A stretch of 64,000 nt of DNA from Negaprion brevirostris. Lineage: Eukaryota. A program made the translations under genes and the position numbers. The DNA lies in assembly GCA_030324005.1 (NCBI GenBank), contig JARDVH010000140.1, forward strand, positions 29,522,268 to 29,586,267, read 5' to 3'. A model generated the notes under the pieces. It saw only the letters and a list, made by a program, of their open reading frames with translations. It made no database searches and was not told the origin of the DNA. This document shows, piece by piece, positions 43,925 through 53,799 of the stretch (positions within the stretch are counted from its first letter, which is position 1; each line of letters starts with the position of its first letter).

Positions 43925-44880
43925 CCATAATCAGTTACAGCACAGAAAGAGGCCATTTGGCCCATTGAGTCTGTGCAGATTTCCCACAGAGCAATCCAAT
44001 CAGTCCTATTCCATACTTGATCTCCTTTGTCTTTCAACTTTGGTCCCTTCAAGTGCCTATCCAATTTCTGTTTGAAATCATTGATTGTTTCCATTCCCAC
44101 CACCCAGAGTGAGTTTCAGGTCATTACCACTCTGAGAGTTAAAAAACAGTTCTTCCTCATTTTCCTCTGCACTTCTTGCCCAAACACTGTCCCTTAATAT
44201 TTGTAACTTTTTTAATGCAATTTTGGGGCCACTGACTGGGCCAGCATTTATTGCTGAGGACATTTAAGAGTCAACCACATTGCTGTGGATTTGGAGTCAC
44301 ATATAAACCAGAGCAGGTAAAGACGACAGGTTTCCTTCCCAACAGGGAACCCCAAAGGGTTTTTAAGCCAATCAACAATAGTTTCATGGTCATCATTTGA
44401 CTTTTAATTTCAAAACTTTATTGAATTTAAATTTCACCATCTGCCATGGTAGGATTTGAACCCAGGTCCCCAGATCATTATCATGGGTCTTTGGATTACT
44501 GTTCTAGTGATGATACCACTATGCCTCTGTCTCCCCATTAGCTAATGGCAAGAAGTTTTCCGTATCCACCTTTCCGTGTTAAGTAAGCCTGTCACAACTT
44601 TTACATATGTATCATATTTCTTCTCCATTCTGGTATAATCTCTCCTCTGCACCTTCTCAAGCACCTTCTTATCTTTCCTAAAGTGTGGTTACTAGAAGCG
44701 GACACAATTCTTATGTTGAGGCTTTATAAAGGATCAGTATAACTTCCCTGCTTTTGTATTTAAGGCCTTTATTTATGCAGCCCAAGACTCCACATGCTTT
44801 GCTAACCATGTTCTCAGAATGCCCTTGCACCCCCAGTTCCCTCTTTAGATGCATACTCTTTAGAATTATGCAATTTGAGA
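43925..44880 (-). mobile_element. CR1 3' portion split by SINE-B
   Basis: Plus-strand tail acagcacagaaagaggccatttggccca. ETINDFKQKLDRHLK on the minus strand. After 44537: ctcctctgcaccttctc..ataacttccctgcttttgtatt (YKSREV). Confidence 0.85.
44225..44537 (-). mobile_element. SINE-B
   Basis: ctgggccagcatttattgc..gagtcaaccacattgctgtgg..ccatctgccatggtaggatttgaacccagg..taccactatgcctctgtctcccc. Confidence 0.88.
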
Positions 44881-45126
44881 GTTTATTTCCCCACAGAGAA
44901 TGTTAAGTGTCAACCATCTTGTCTAACAGATCGTTTTTCATTTGTTAGTCATAGAAGACATTGTAATCGAGCTTCACCTATATCCACGTGTACATTTCTA
45001 TTGATTAAAACAGGAGTCCTATCAAATTTGCCCACATTAATCAATGGGTGCCAAGGCCAGTTGTGGCCATCACTATCTATCTCTGCAGTGACTGAGATTA
45101 ACCCAACTCAGCAAAAGTTATTGATT

Positions 45127-45365
45127 GAGTCATAGTGGTTTATAGCATGGAAACAGGCTCTTTGGCACAACTTGTTCATGCTGCCCCTTTTTTAAAACCC
45201 CTAAGCTAGTCCCAATTGCACAGGTTTGGCCCATATCTCTCTATACCCATGTTGCCCATGTAACTATCTAAATACTTCTTAAAAGACAAAATTGTACTTG
45301 CCTCTACTCCTACCTTTGGGAGCTTGTTCCAGATGCTCACCACCCTCTGTATGAAAAAATTGTAT
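45127..45365 (-). mobile_element. CR1 3' end running into a large gap
   Basis: gagtcatagtggtttatagcatggaaacaggctctttggc..caccaccctctgtatgaaaaaatt (minus strand FFIQRVVSIWNKLP). Confidence 0.88.
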
Positions 45366-46199
45366 GCCCTCTAGTTTTAGATGATNNNNNNNNNNNNNNN
45401 NNNNNNNNNNNNNNNNNNNNNNNNNNNNNNNNNNNNNNNNNNNNNNNNNNNNNNNNNNNNNNNNNNNNNNNNNNNNNNNNNNNNNNNNNNNNNNNNNNNN
45501 NNNNNNNNNNNNNNNNNNNNNNNNNNNNNNNNNNNNNNNNNNNNNNNNNNNNNNNNNNNNNNNNNNNNNNNNNNNNNNNNNNNNNNNNNNNNNNNNNNNN
45601 NNNNNNNNNNNNNNNNNNNNNNNNNNNNNNNNNNNNNNNNNNNNNNNNNNNNNNNNNNNNNNNNNNNNNNNNNNNNNNNNNNNNNNNNNNNNNNNNNNNN
45701 NNNNNNNNNNNNNNNNNNNNNNNNNNNNNNNNNNNNNNNNNNNNNNNNNNNNNNNNNNNNNNNNNNNNNNNNNNNNNNNNNNNNNNNNNNNNNNNNNNNN
45801 NNNNNNNNNNNNNNNNNNNNNNNNNNNNNNNNNNNNNNNNNNNNNNNNNNNNNNNNNNNNNNNNNNNNNNNNNNNNNNNNNNNNNNNNNNNNNNNNNNNN
45901 NNNNNNNNNNNNNNNNNNNNNNNNNNNNNNNNNNNNNNNNNNNNNNNNNNNNNNNNNNNNNNNNNNNNNNNNNNNNNNNNNNNNNNNNNNNNNNNNNNNN
46001 NNNNNNNNNNNNNNNNNNNNNNNNNNNNNNNNNNNNNNNNNNNNNNNNNNNNNNNNNNNNNNNNNNNNNNNNNNNNNNNNNNNNNNNNNNNNNNNNNNNN
46101 NNNNNNNNNNNNNNNNNNNNNNNNNNNNNNNNNNNNNNNNNAAGAATGTTCTTTAATTTTGCAAACAAGAGAATGCTGCCCGGCTGTCAGGGGATTGTG

Positions 46200-48700
46200 T
46201 TTGAAACTATCAATAACGCTCAGTGCTAAAATCTAAGCCACTCTCCTGGAAGATTTGCTGATTTTGTACTGGAGTAGTTGCTATTCTTTTTGTGGCATGA
46301 ATGTTTGCAATGCATTTTAGATCTGTGCTTTTTTTTCACTTGGACTGATTGTAGTATCCTCAATTTTGTCATTGTGCGCTCCTGTTCAAATTTGTTAATG
46401 TTCCTTCACTGGTATTTTCCTATATACTAGGTCTTCAGTCAGGTTTATGCACACTTCTGGCTCTCGTTATGGATATATCCTCCTCAGTGCTTCAGCATAG
46501 CAATCCCCATTATTGGGCACAGTCAAATTAGTTTAATTTCAGCACGAAGATGTCTACGTCCATCTGATTCCCATTGTGTCAGATTGCTGTTGCTATTTAT
46601 TTATGTCAGTTGTCAAGATGCGGATTGCTGGCTTTCAATAAAGGCTGAAATTGGTGAGGTGTTGAAAGAGCTATGATATGCTTTCTCCTTTTGTTGTCTG
46701 TTGACACTATTGGGGATTGATCTAATAATCCAATCCCCCACAGATTTATTTTTCCCACAAGGGATTACTATTTTAGCACCGGCCCTAAATGCATTTGCAA
46801 TGGAACAGGAGGGTTAGATGGGTAGCTTCAGCCCAATAGTTCATCTTACAGAGTGAAATCAATTAAGACGGTTGACTGTGAACATTTATCCCTTTAGCTT
46901 CCACTGTTGAATTTTCATGATGGGCTTTGACTCTTTGGAGAGTGCAGAGTTAATGTTAATTGTTCCCTTCTCTTCAAAATTTATTATCTAGTTCATTCAA
47001 TGACAAACACTCCATCAACTAGATTGAGGCCTATGGTTCATTGATAGATCTGCCTTGTGTGGGGCTAACACAGGGAGTTTTATCACAGATGTCTCGCTTT
47101 GAAAGAAAATTAAACAAGTATCTCATTACCAAATGCTTCAGTGGTCCCCGGAGGTGGCCACGGAGGCAGAGTTTTTAATGAGCTGGGAACTCTGCCAGTG
47201 CTGAAGTTGACAGTCTCCCTGTTTTTTCTCGGGGAGCTTTCGGAAGAGCCCCTCTATTCAGACCTGCTCAGGCAGAGGAGAAAAGCACCACGCTGATTTC
47301 TTCTTTTCAACTCCGAAAGAAGGAGATAATGTACTTTTGTGCAATGCGGCTCAAGGAATTATGTGTGCTAATTTGATTAGGGGAGATTTGATTAACTGGA
47401 AAATGAGGGCTTTGCTGAGACTTTCACACGCTTAATTTATCCCTTGCAAAGCAGACGCAACAGTGTGTCATGAAATTCAGAAGGCATATGGGAACACTAT
47501 TCAGCAGTTAGACGTTCTTTCAAACCCAACAATATAGAGGATTGCCATGGTTCATATTGGGATAATCAGTTTAGAACATTTGCCTTGCTCCAGAATACAA
47601 ATTGCATTTGGCATTCCCAGTTAAACGGTTCAAGGGATAATGAGATTAATGTAGTAGTGAATTGAACTAAGCAAAAGCCTTTTTACAGTGTTGTATAACT
47701 AGTTTAGAGGAAACTCTTTTGAAGTTTTGCTTCTTTTTTTTGCATACGAGCGCATAACTTTAAACTCGGCCAAGGTTACGGAGGAGGATTGGCAGCGCGC
47801 GCAAGATCCTAACCCTGACAGAAGTTTGGAACCGAAACAGGCAAGAGCTAAAGCTTCATTGAAAGCTGCAAGGCCTAGACAGATGAGCGGTCTCAAGCTA
47901 GACTTCTTTCCATTTCCTCCATCTGTTCACTGCAGCTTTAATTAAATCTACTGAGAGCTCTCTGGCCTGCTCATGCAAGGAACAGGGAGCCTGCTAAAGT
48001 GTCCACTCGTCGCTCAATTTTACCACGGGCCACTAATGAGCCGGGACATGAGGCGGAGTGCATTGGTGCGCTCGCCACCATTTGCTGGCCATCATCAGCT
48101 GTTAATAAGAAATAAGCAGAAAGCAGACCTGGTGTGCTCTTCCGCCAAGCAAAACTAACTAATGAAGGAATTTTGGTTGCGTTCAACATCCTAATGTGAA
48201 TGACAGGCTTCCAGTAACCTTAAAGCAAACTCCAGAAAGCTGTCTATCTGATAAGGACTCTTCTGTTGGCACATGACACCTCTAATGCTATAATGGCTTT
48301 CACACGCATTCTTTATGAATGCTGTCATATATGAAGATCATGCTCCCTCTTCATTTTCTGCAGGCATGTCTGCCAAAACAATTAAGGCTGTGATGGAACT
48401 GACAATTAACTACCGGCCTGTCAATCTCGCTTCTCATGTCAGCATCTGCCCATTAAGGGCATATCACTTAAACTTCACAAATATCAATCTGACTTGGTAC
48501 CTCGTGTTTAAACTTCATTTCTAATTGAATTGTCGGTAATCCAATTTTGTCATTCCATTCTAGATTGCCTCCATTCTGGATTTATGTCATTAAATGCATC
48601 CAAAAGTGTTCTTTCTATCGCATTAAAATACACAGTGGAATATTTGATAGGTAGTCCTGCTGTAAATCATAATACTTCCTCAGGAATGTGGGTTTATTTT
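46200..48700. promoter_or_regulatory. Repeat-free block, candidate cluster of conserved non-coding enhancers
   Basis: No recognisable TE over ~3 kb. Dense TAAT/ATTA motifs, TGACAG/CTGTCA (48201, 48322, 48418) and a 9/10 Pbx-Meis decamer match ctgtcaatc (48418-48426). Conservation itself was not tested. Confidence 0.5.
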
Positions 48701-49149
48701 GTTATTAGCTTCACCCCGCTATACTAAAGACAGGGTCATACAATTCAAATGGGACTCATCCTAACTTCCCATTTCATGCTGCATATACACTATATACAAT
48801 ATATACAACAGTTCAGTCAACCAGTTGAATAATGATTTTTCTCTCACATCTGATGACTTTTCTGTATGTACACAGTCATTTTTTTATATCAAAAAAAGCA
48901 ACAGCATCAGCCAATTAAAACAGGGCAAGTGATCTATTAAATGGAACTTTAGTATTCTTCCAAGTAGGTTTGAAATATTTTGATCCTAGTTTGAGTTGGA
49001 TTCTCAACTTTATTTGCCTCCAATCTCCAATCAAAACTGCTCCTGTGGAGATGCAATTCATGTTGCCTGAGCAGTGCTTTCCCATACAATTTTACAGCCC
49101 TCTCCCACCTTGATTGCCACCCATTTCAGTGCCATATACTCCCAGCCCA

Positions 49150-49455
49150 TGTTTCCCCTGGCTAGGGAATCGCAGTCTCAGAAGACATAGTCAGCCATTT
49201 ATGACTGAGATGAGGAGAAATTCCTTCACTCAAAGAGTTGTGACTCTTTGGAATTCTCTACCCCAAAGTACCATTAGTTGTTGATTACATTCAAGACAGA
49301 AGTCAGCAGATTTTAGGATTCTGTGGGAATGGAGTGATAACAAGGATAGGGCAGGGAAGTTGAAATTGAGGTAAAAGATGAGCCATCGCCTTGTTGAATA
49401 GAGGAATAAGGCTAACAGGCCAAATGGTCTACTCCTGCTCCCATGTCTTATGTTC
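49150..49455 (+). mobile_element. CR1 3' end
   Basis: gactgagatgaggagaaattccttcactcaaagagttgtgactctttggaattctctacccc..ggccaaatggtctactcctgctcc..tcttatgttctta. Confidence 0.87.
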
Positions 49456-49488
49456 TTATCTCCAGCACAATAGTTTGTGGCACATATT

Positions 49489-49585
49489 GGGAAGAATTTT
49501 CCCATTCTGCCTGCCACAGGAATTGTAGCGGGTGAAAGGTCCCTTGACTGGGATTTTCCGGTTTTGGGGCTGGGAAATCCTGCCC
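49489..49585. mobile_element. 97-bp MITE with TIRs and 3-bp TSD (PIF/Harbinger-like)
   Basis: TIRs gggaagaattttccc / gggaaatcctgccc, with ATT immediately on both sides (49486-49488, 49586-49588). Confidence 0.65.
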
Positions 49586-49619
49586 ATTAACTTCAGTAAT
49601 GCACTACAGCATTGAGGTT

Positions 49620-49900
49620 ACTTCAACAGCACCTTCCAGTGCCTCAACTTCACTAATATCAGGGAAATGTTTATCAGCTGCAAATTTTCTTCCAAATCAC
49701 ATGCTTTCCTGATGAGGACATTGTTTCCTCATTGTTGTGGGGTCCAAGTCATTGTTTATCTGACTGAAGACCATTGGAGTACCATAACCAGCAGAACTAT
49801 AACAGTTCATGAAGATCTCACACCATCTTCTCAGGGAAAGGAAGGACAGACAAGAAAGGTGGCCACATCATTAGCCATATCCTGAAAAAATGAATAACAT
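49620..49900 (+). mobile_element. Degenerate CR1-group LINE 3' UTR
   Basis: cttcaacagcaccttcc..ctgcaaattttcttccaaatcac..cagttcatgaagatctcacaccatcttctcaggg. Confidence 0.65.
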
Positions 49901-49909
49901 AGCGATGTA

Positions 49910-50545
49910 CCATAAGACAACAAGATATAGGAGCAGAATTAGGCCATTCAGCCCGTCAAGTCTGCTCCGCCATTAAATCATGGGTGATCTGATTCTCAAT
50001 TCCATAACCCTTGATTCTCTTACTGATCAAGAACCTATCTATCTCTACCTTAAAGACACTCAATGACCTGGCCCCCACAGCCCTCCGTGGCAATGAGTCC
50101 ATAGATTCACCACCCTCTGACTGAAGAAATTCCTCCTTGTCTCAGTTTTAAAGGAGCTTCCTTTCACTCTGAGGTTGTGCCCTCAAGTTCTAGTCTCTCA
50201 CACAAGTGGAAACTTCCCCTCCATGTCTACTCTATCTAGTCATCTCGTAAGGCTTCTGTCAGTTTCAATAAGANNNNNNNNNNNNNNNNNNNNNNNNNNN
50301 NNNNNNNNNNNNNNNNNNNNNNNNNNNNNNNNNNNNNNNNNNNNNNNNNNNNNNNNNNNNNNNNNNNNNNNNNTGTCTACTCTATCTAGGCCTCTCGTAA
50401 GGCTTCTGTCAGTTTCAATTAGATCCTGCCTCATCCTTCTAAACTCTATCGAGTATAGATCCAGACTCCTCAACCGCTCTGCATATGACAAACCCTTCAT
50501 TTCTGGGATCATTCCTGTGAATCTTCTCTGGATCCTCTCCAAGGC
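49910..50545 (-). mobile_element. CR1 3' end
   Basis: ERIQRRFTGMIPEMKGLSYAERLRSLDLYSIEFRRMRQDLIETDRSLTRGLDRVD. Plus-strand tail cataagacaacaagatataggagcagaattaggccattcagccc. Confidence 0.93.
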
Positions 50546-51159
50546 TTTATCATCTGTATTTGTCCAATCAAATTTTTGGTCCGAGGCTTGGTACCATACT
50601 TCTTAAAATGTATCATCTTATTCTGGGAACCAGCCTCTTTTGAAAAATGAAATAATTGCATTGAATATATCTGGGGTTAATTTGAAGTATCTCCACTGGT
50701 GTTTTCTTCTGTTCTAACTAGTAAAGTTTGCTAAAGGTAGCAGCCAGTTAAAAAACATTCCACATTCATATTCCCATTCTTGTTTTGTAATTCAAATTCT
50801 ATGGCAGAGCACCTTTGCATTGCAAAATTGACTCATTTTAGTTTTTTTTGGCTTTACATGGACAACAATGCATGAGTTGGACAGAGTTGCAGGAATTGTG
50901 CAGGAGCATATCTTTAAAATATGTTCCAATAGCATGGGCGTACAGTTGAGTTGCTTCTCGTTTGTAGAGTAGAAAGATGCACTTTTCTATAATACTTTGT
51001 TGGCAGGAATGTGAAAGTAACTTACATCTCTGTTTCCCCAATGAGAACTACTTCATGCCATGAACTGAAAATGTTGCATTAAAAAATGAATGTCATATTC
51101 AGTTAATAAGCTCTCGGATTCCAATAAAACGTCCTTGCAAAATAATCTGCTGCCTCTTC

Positions 51160-51800
51160 TCAGCAAGTTGTGGTTCAAGGCACACTCCAGAGACTTGGGT
51201 ACATGACGGTGACTGACAGTACTGAGGGAATGCTGTGTTGTTGAAAGAGCTTTTTTTTAATTAAACNNNNNNNNNNCCGTCGGGTTGACCAAAAAGAATT
51301 CAAGGCATTATTCAGAAGAGCGGAGGAGTTTTCCCGGTGCGCTCGTGAAAATTTATCCCTCAGCCAATTCCAGGAAAATGGATTATCTGGTCATTTTTGC
51401 AGGACGTGCTGTTCTTACCTCTGGGTCAGAAGCTTCAGATTCAAATCTCACTTTAGGACTTGATGGCCATGGAAGGTGCCTTCATAATATGGCCAAACAC
51501 GTTGATTATCAGCACGTAAGTCCTTCCATTATGTCTGATGGTTGGGCTGGGCTGGGCAGTAGAGCAGGAAGGTTTCCTGGTCACCCATACTGCAGGAGAT
51601 AATGCAAACCACTGCAGCACTTTGCTAAGCATAATTATGGATAATCCAATGGAAGCCTCATAAGGCAAGGTATGCGAAGGTTGTTATTGCAATTTGTGGG
51701 ACTTAGTATGAATTAGCTGCTGCATCTTCCCTGCATCACACCAAGTTAGTTGTGAAACACCTCAAGCCCAACTGTAAGGTGTGATATGGATGTTATATAA
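51160..51800 (+). mobile_element. DeuSINE (SacSINE1/AmnSINE1-like), split by a SINE insertion
   Basis: ggttcaaggcacactccagagacttg..cagtactgagggaatgctg..ggcattattcagaagagcggaggagttttcccggtg..atttatccctcagccaa..gattatctggtcatt resumes at ~51682 as attgcaatttgtggga..aattagctgctgc. Confidence 0.75.
51400..51680 (+). mobile_element. tRNA-derived SINE with RTE(BovB)-like tail
   Basis: Head cttacctctgggtcagaagcttcagattcaaatctcac. Tail ggagataatgcaaaccactgcagcactttgctaagcataattatgga resembles the RTE 3' motif GGCAAACCACTCCAGTATyyTTGCCAAG. Confidence 0.55.
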
Positions 51801-53799
51801 GGTTTTCATCCATCCATTGTTGCTGGATAGTAATCAAGAGCAGGATCTCTTGCGATTTCCTTTCCTGTCTTTCTCGGACACTCATACCATTCATGAAAAT
51901 CTTTCGGCACCCTGCTGGAGATGATCAAATGTTTGTACAGTTCAGCTATTCACTATTCTCAACCCAACACAACCACCAAGGCAGAGTCTCTTTGGCTTAG
52001 CTTCCCAGTGTGCAGTGCCTTTACTGCTCGGGGAGGCTGCTGTGTGGCTTAATTGGAAATCTAAAAGTAAGCCATCTAACTCGACAAACTTCGAATAAAA
52101 AACTACTCGAGGATCACAGGCTCACTGCCTGAGGTAAGATTCTGTCCTTTCAATTTCAAGCTGAGTTTGTGAGGCTGTTCCAAGTGCGGTGTTAGCAGTT
52201 GTTGGGAAGTTCACCGGTTGGTATGAGCCTTGTCATCCATCAGCCTCCTGCTCACTGTTGCATTGCTCCCTCCAGTTCTGGCATAGTTTTAAACTGCTGA
52301 AGATTTTATTTGTGGTGGAGAACTTTATACGCAAGGCTGTTTAATTGGACGATTTCAGATTAAATTCCATCCTTTAAGATTGTGGATCAGTGTGGTTCCA
52401 TTAAAAGAAACTCTTATAGTCTTAAGCGCAAGAGTCATTTTATATATTCAGCTGGGGTTTATTAGAGATTGGAATCCGCCACCCACTCCATGATTTCCTT
52501 TAATCCTTCCTCTGGTTTATTTTACTCGACTCCTGTGTACTGGAATTTGTGCCACATTTATTGGTGTGTTTTCAATTGAAAAGAAGCCCTCTTTTCATAT
52601 CTGAAAACGGCACAGTATTTTACAAGTCTCACGAGGGAAATACAAATTGACAAAAAAAATAAACTTGTACATTAAGTTGCCGATACTGTAAAAATACTTA
52701 CTTAATAAGGCAAAAATGTACTGTAGTTTCTTTCTTCTGCAGTCAGGGATCTGAAATGGCTCTTGTAATTAGCACACATAAAACTATATATTTATAGTGT
52801 TTAAAGAAATTACACTTCTTTTAAACGTGTATGATTAGTTATAATGTCCTAACTGAGGGTCTGNNNNNNNNNNNNNNNNAAATAAAATAGTTTCAGCATA
52901 GCTGATCCTTCAGCCAACTGCTGAGGTCATCTGGGGTCAGCTTAAAAGGAAATTGTGGAGGAGGTCATTTTATTCAAAGTAACCCCACTGACATTTATAT
53001 TCAAAAGTCATATAAAGCTATTCCTTGTTTCGTATAAAAGAAGCCACCATACCTTAGCACCACGTCAAGGCTCTTTCCTTCCAGGCTGCTGTGGTGATGT
53101 GGCTGATGAGGAGATGCCCTGTGCATTCTGGAGTGGTTAGCTTCATTTTAACCACTTCATACCAACACAGAGGCTCTTGCAGATCTGGCTGACTTGGAGA
53201 AAAACCATCCTACTAATGAGAATTTACCTGTGCACTTAGCAAGTAAAGGCAATGGTACCACTTGGGAATTCTCAACAGTGATGTTACAGAGGTGGTCTGA
53301 GAAGAGAAAGAATACTGTACATCTGATCTCATTCAAGCACTATTATTAATGTAGATATACACATATGGGCACACTTTGAAGAAAATGCACACTCTGGAAG
53401 TGTTCCTTATTCTTCAGGAGAACCTTGTGCCTGGTTTAACACAATGGCAGATGGTTAAAAATTACTGGAAGTGCTTCCATCGGAAGGCCCTTCATACTGG
53501 GTGTGCCTGACAGACCAGAGATCTCTGGCAGATTGCTCGGGTCTCTCTTGAAACAAGGCATGGATCTCCTAAGCATGCTGCAAGCCTGTAGTGAAAATAT
53601 TGCTGTAAAGTTGCCACCATGGCATCCTATTGCCTCCAGGAATGGAAGTTGAGAGTGAGCAGAGAGGGAGACTATGCATTTGGGACTGGGAGTTGAGGAG
53701 AGAGGGAGACAATGTTTGTCAGTCCCTTCCTCAGCTCGCCTGGTGTAAAAAGTCTAATCTATGCCTTCACTTGTAGGCTAGAGAGTCTTAATATAATCC

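Noticed and set aside
45377-46229. Longest ORFs in the track (263-309 aa here and at 58389-59318, also 17026-17493 and 57143-57703)
   Set aside because: They are open only because they run through N gaps.
47751-47840. Possible 90-nt coding exon (RITLNSAKVTEEDWQRAQDPNPDRSLEPKQ) after a pyrimidine tract
   Set aside because: It needs a rare GAG acceptor and a non-consensus GC donor, and I do not recognise the peptide.
50224-50423. Apparent direct repeat tgtctactctatctag..ctcgtaaggcttctgtcagtttcaat across a 100-N gap
   Set aside because: Same assembly-overlap artefact, inside a CR1.
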